DNA of 64,000 bases, taken from IMG/VR virus record IMGVR_UViG_3300028833_000066; one strand, written 5' to 3'. This document shows, piece by piece, positions 62,919-64,000 of the stretch. Source of the DNA: a virus (Duplodnaviria > Caudoviricetes). Every line of letters begins with the position of its first letter. Position 1 is the stretch's first letter. Made by a program: the position numbers and the translations under genes. The notes beneath the pieces were generated by a model. The model saw only the letters and a program-made list of their open reading frames with translations, made no database searches and had not been told where the DNA came from.

Positions 62919-64000
62919 TTAACGTTCTATAAATTGCGTTGCATTAACGCTAAACATTTTTTTATTTAATTGCGCAGGTTTATTTAAATCTTCTTCTACT
63001 TCTGTAAAATGAGAAGATTTAAATACTCCTGTCTTTTTTAATTGCGGCTTAAAGTTAGTATCAACTAAATACCACTATAAATGTCGCACCTTCCATGTAA
63101 CTGGACTAGACTATCCATTAGTTACTAATCCTAAACTTGAATAATCTCTAATTGGCAAATGATTTGTATTACCATTATTTGTATTTGAAGCGCCACGATA
63201 GATGCGCGTCCATGTATTTGCGGGAATACTAATTACGGAAGCTAAGCGCGTACCTGTTGCATCGTTATCATTACCTGCCCAGTTCGTATCAGAATTTCCT
63301 GTCGTGTTATTATAATCTGTATTTACACTTAATGCAACTGGCGTCCATACTTCCGCTGTCCAACGATACGTTGCACCATAAGGCACCCAAAGTGGCGGGT
63401 CGTCAGCGAGACGAACACCATATCCCCAAGAAGAAGTATCCGCTTTAGAAACTATCGTATAAGTATCAGTCGCAGTATCATATGTAACAGAATTCGCGCT
63501 ATTATTTATGAATTTCGCGTTCGGCACCACGTTAGCCGTTTCTTCTAATTCAAATGGATGCATATTTGCTTTTTTATCCACCTTCATACCTACATTATAC
63601 AACTATTTTATGTCTGTGTCAAGTAATGGAGTGCAATAGATTCTAAAATCACTCATTAGTCCCGTATAAGAAGTGGCATCTCCACGTGTATCTCTAGCAA
63701 TACGTAAATTACCGCTAAAAGTTTTATCATTAAAGGTATTAGTAAATGTATCTTTTAACTCGCCATTATAATAGCAATACACTTTAGTTTTATCTTCACT
63801 TTTTACAACAGCAATATGTTGCCAAACTCCATCAGTAATGGTTAAAGAAGAAGTTGTTAAATCTGGAGAGCCATTCCAATAGAAACGCAGTTTATTTCCT
63901 GCAGTCTTTTCTATACTACAACTTGTACCATTATAACTCGCGGCATAAATACTACGGCCGCCGTTTTCGCCGGAGGGCTTAATCCAAAAACTATATGTAA
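62919..64000 (-). CDS. LamG/lectin-like tail protein, 5' end outside window (in-frame TAG)
   Basis: FWIKP, WQHIAVV, YYNGEL, GLMSDFRIYCTPL. Confidence 0.72.

Noticed and set aside
407-63448. Plus-strand ORFs in the supplied track (e.g. 23006-23521, 37580-38488, 42560-42982, 53547-53867)
   Set aside because: They are antisense shadows of clear minus-strand genes or overlap RNA genes, with no motifs or RBS.

Overview
This window is a segment of a large, AT-rich phage genome, probably infecting a Firmicutes host (judged from sigma-A-type promoters and strong GGAGG ribosome-binding sites). Essentially all real genes are on the minus strand. Contents from left to right: (1) a replication module with DnaE, RecJ, primase, DnaB, an AAA NTPase, an SSB-like protein and a two-subunit type II topoisomerase whose genes are separated by a methyltransferase/nuclease pair; (2) a putative iteron origin; (3) two NCS2 nucleobase permeases, PIN-PhoH, ClpP, DNA ligase, dNMP kinase, RNase H and a holin; (4) an RNA-repair cluster; (5) a ~15 kb array of about 25 tRNAs, several tRNA-like RNAs and large structured ncRNAs; (6) tail genes. 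TAG is read as sense, most likely Gln (code 15): in-frame TAGs fall on conserved Gln positions, are dense in several accessory and tail genes, and are absent from the core replication genes. Main discoveries: a tRNA-Thr(UGU) whose anticodon is interrupted by a complete tRNA-shaped element running exactly from G1 to CCA, and an amber-suppressor tRNA(CUA) whose anticodon is split by a group I intron, so splicing could gate the genetic-code switch. All calls were made by eye; no searches or folding programs were run.
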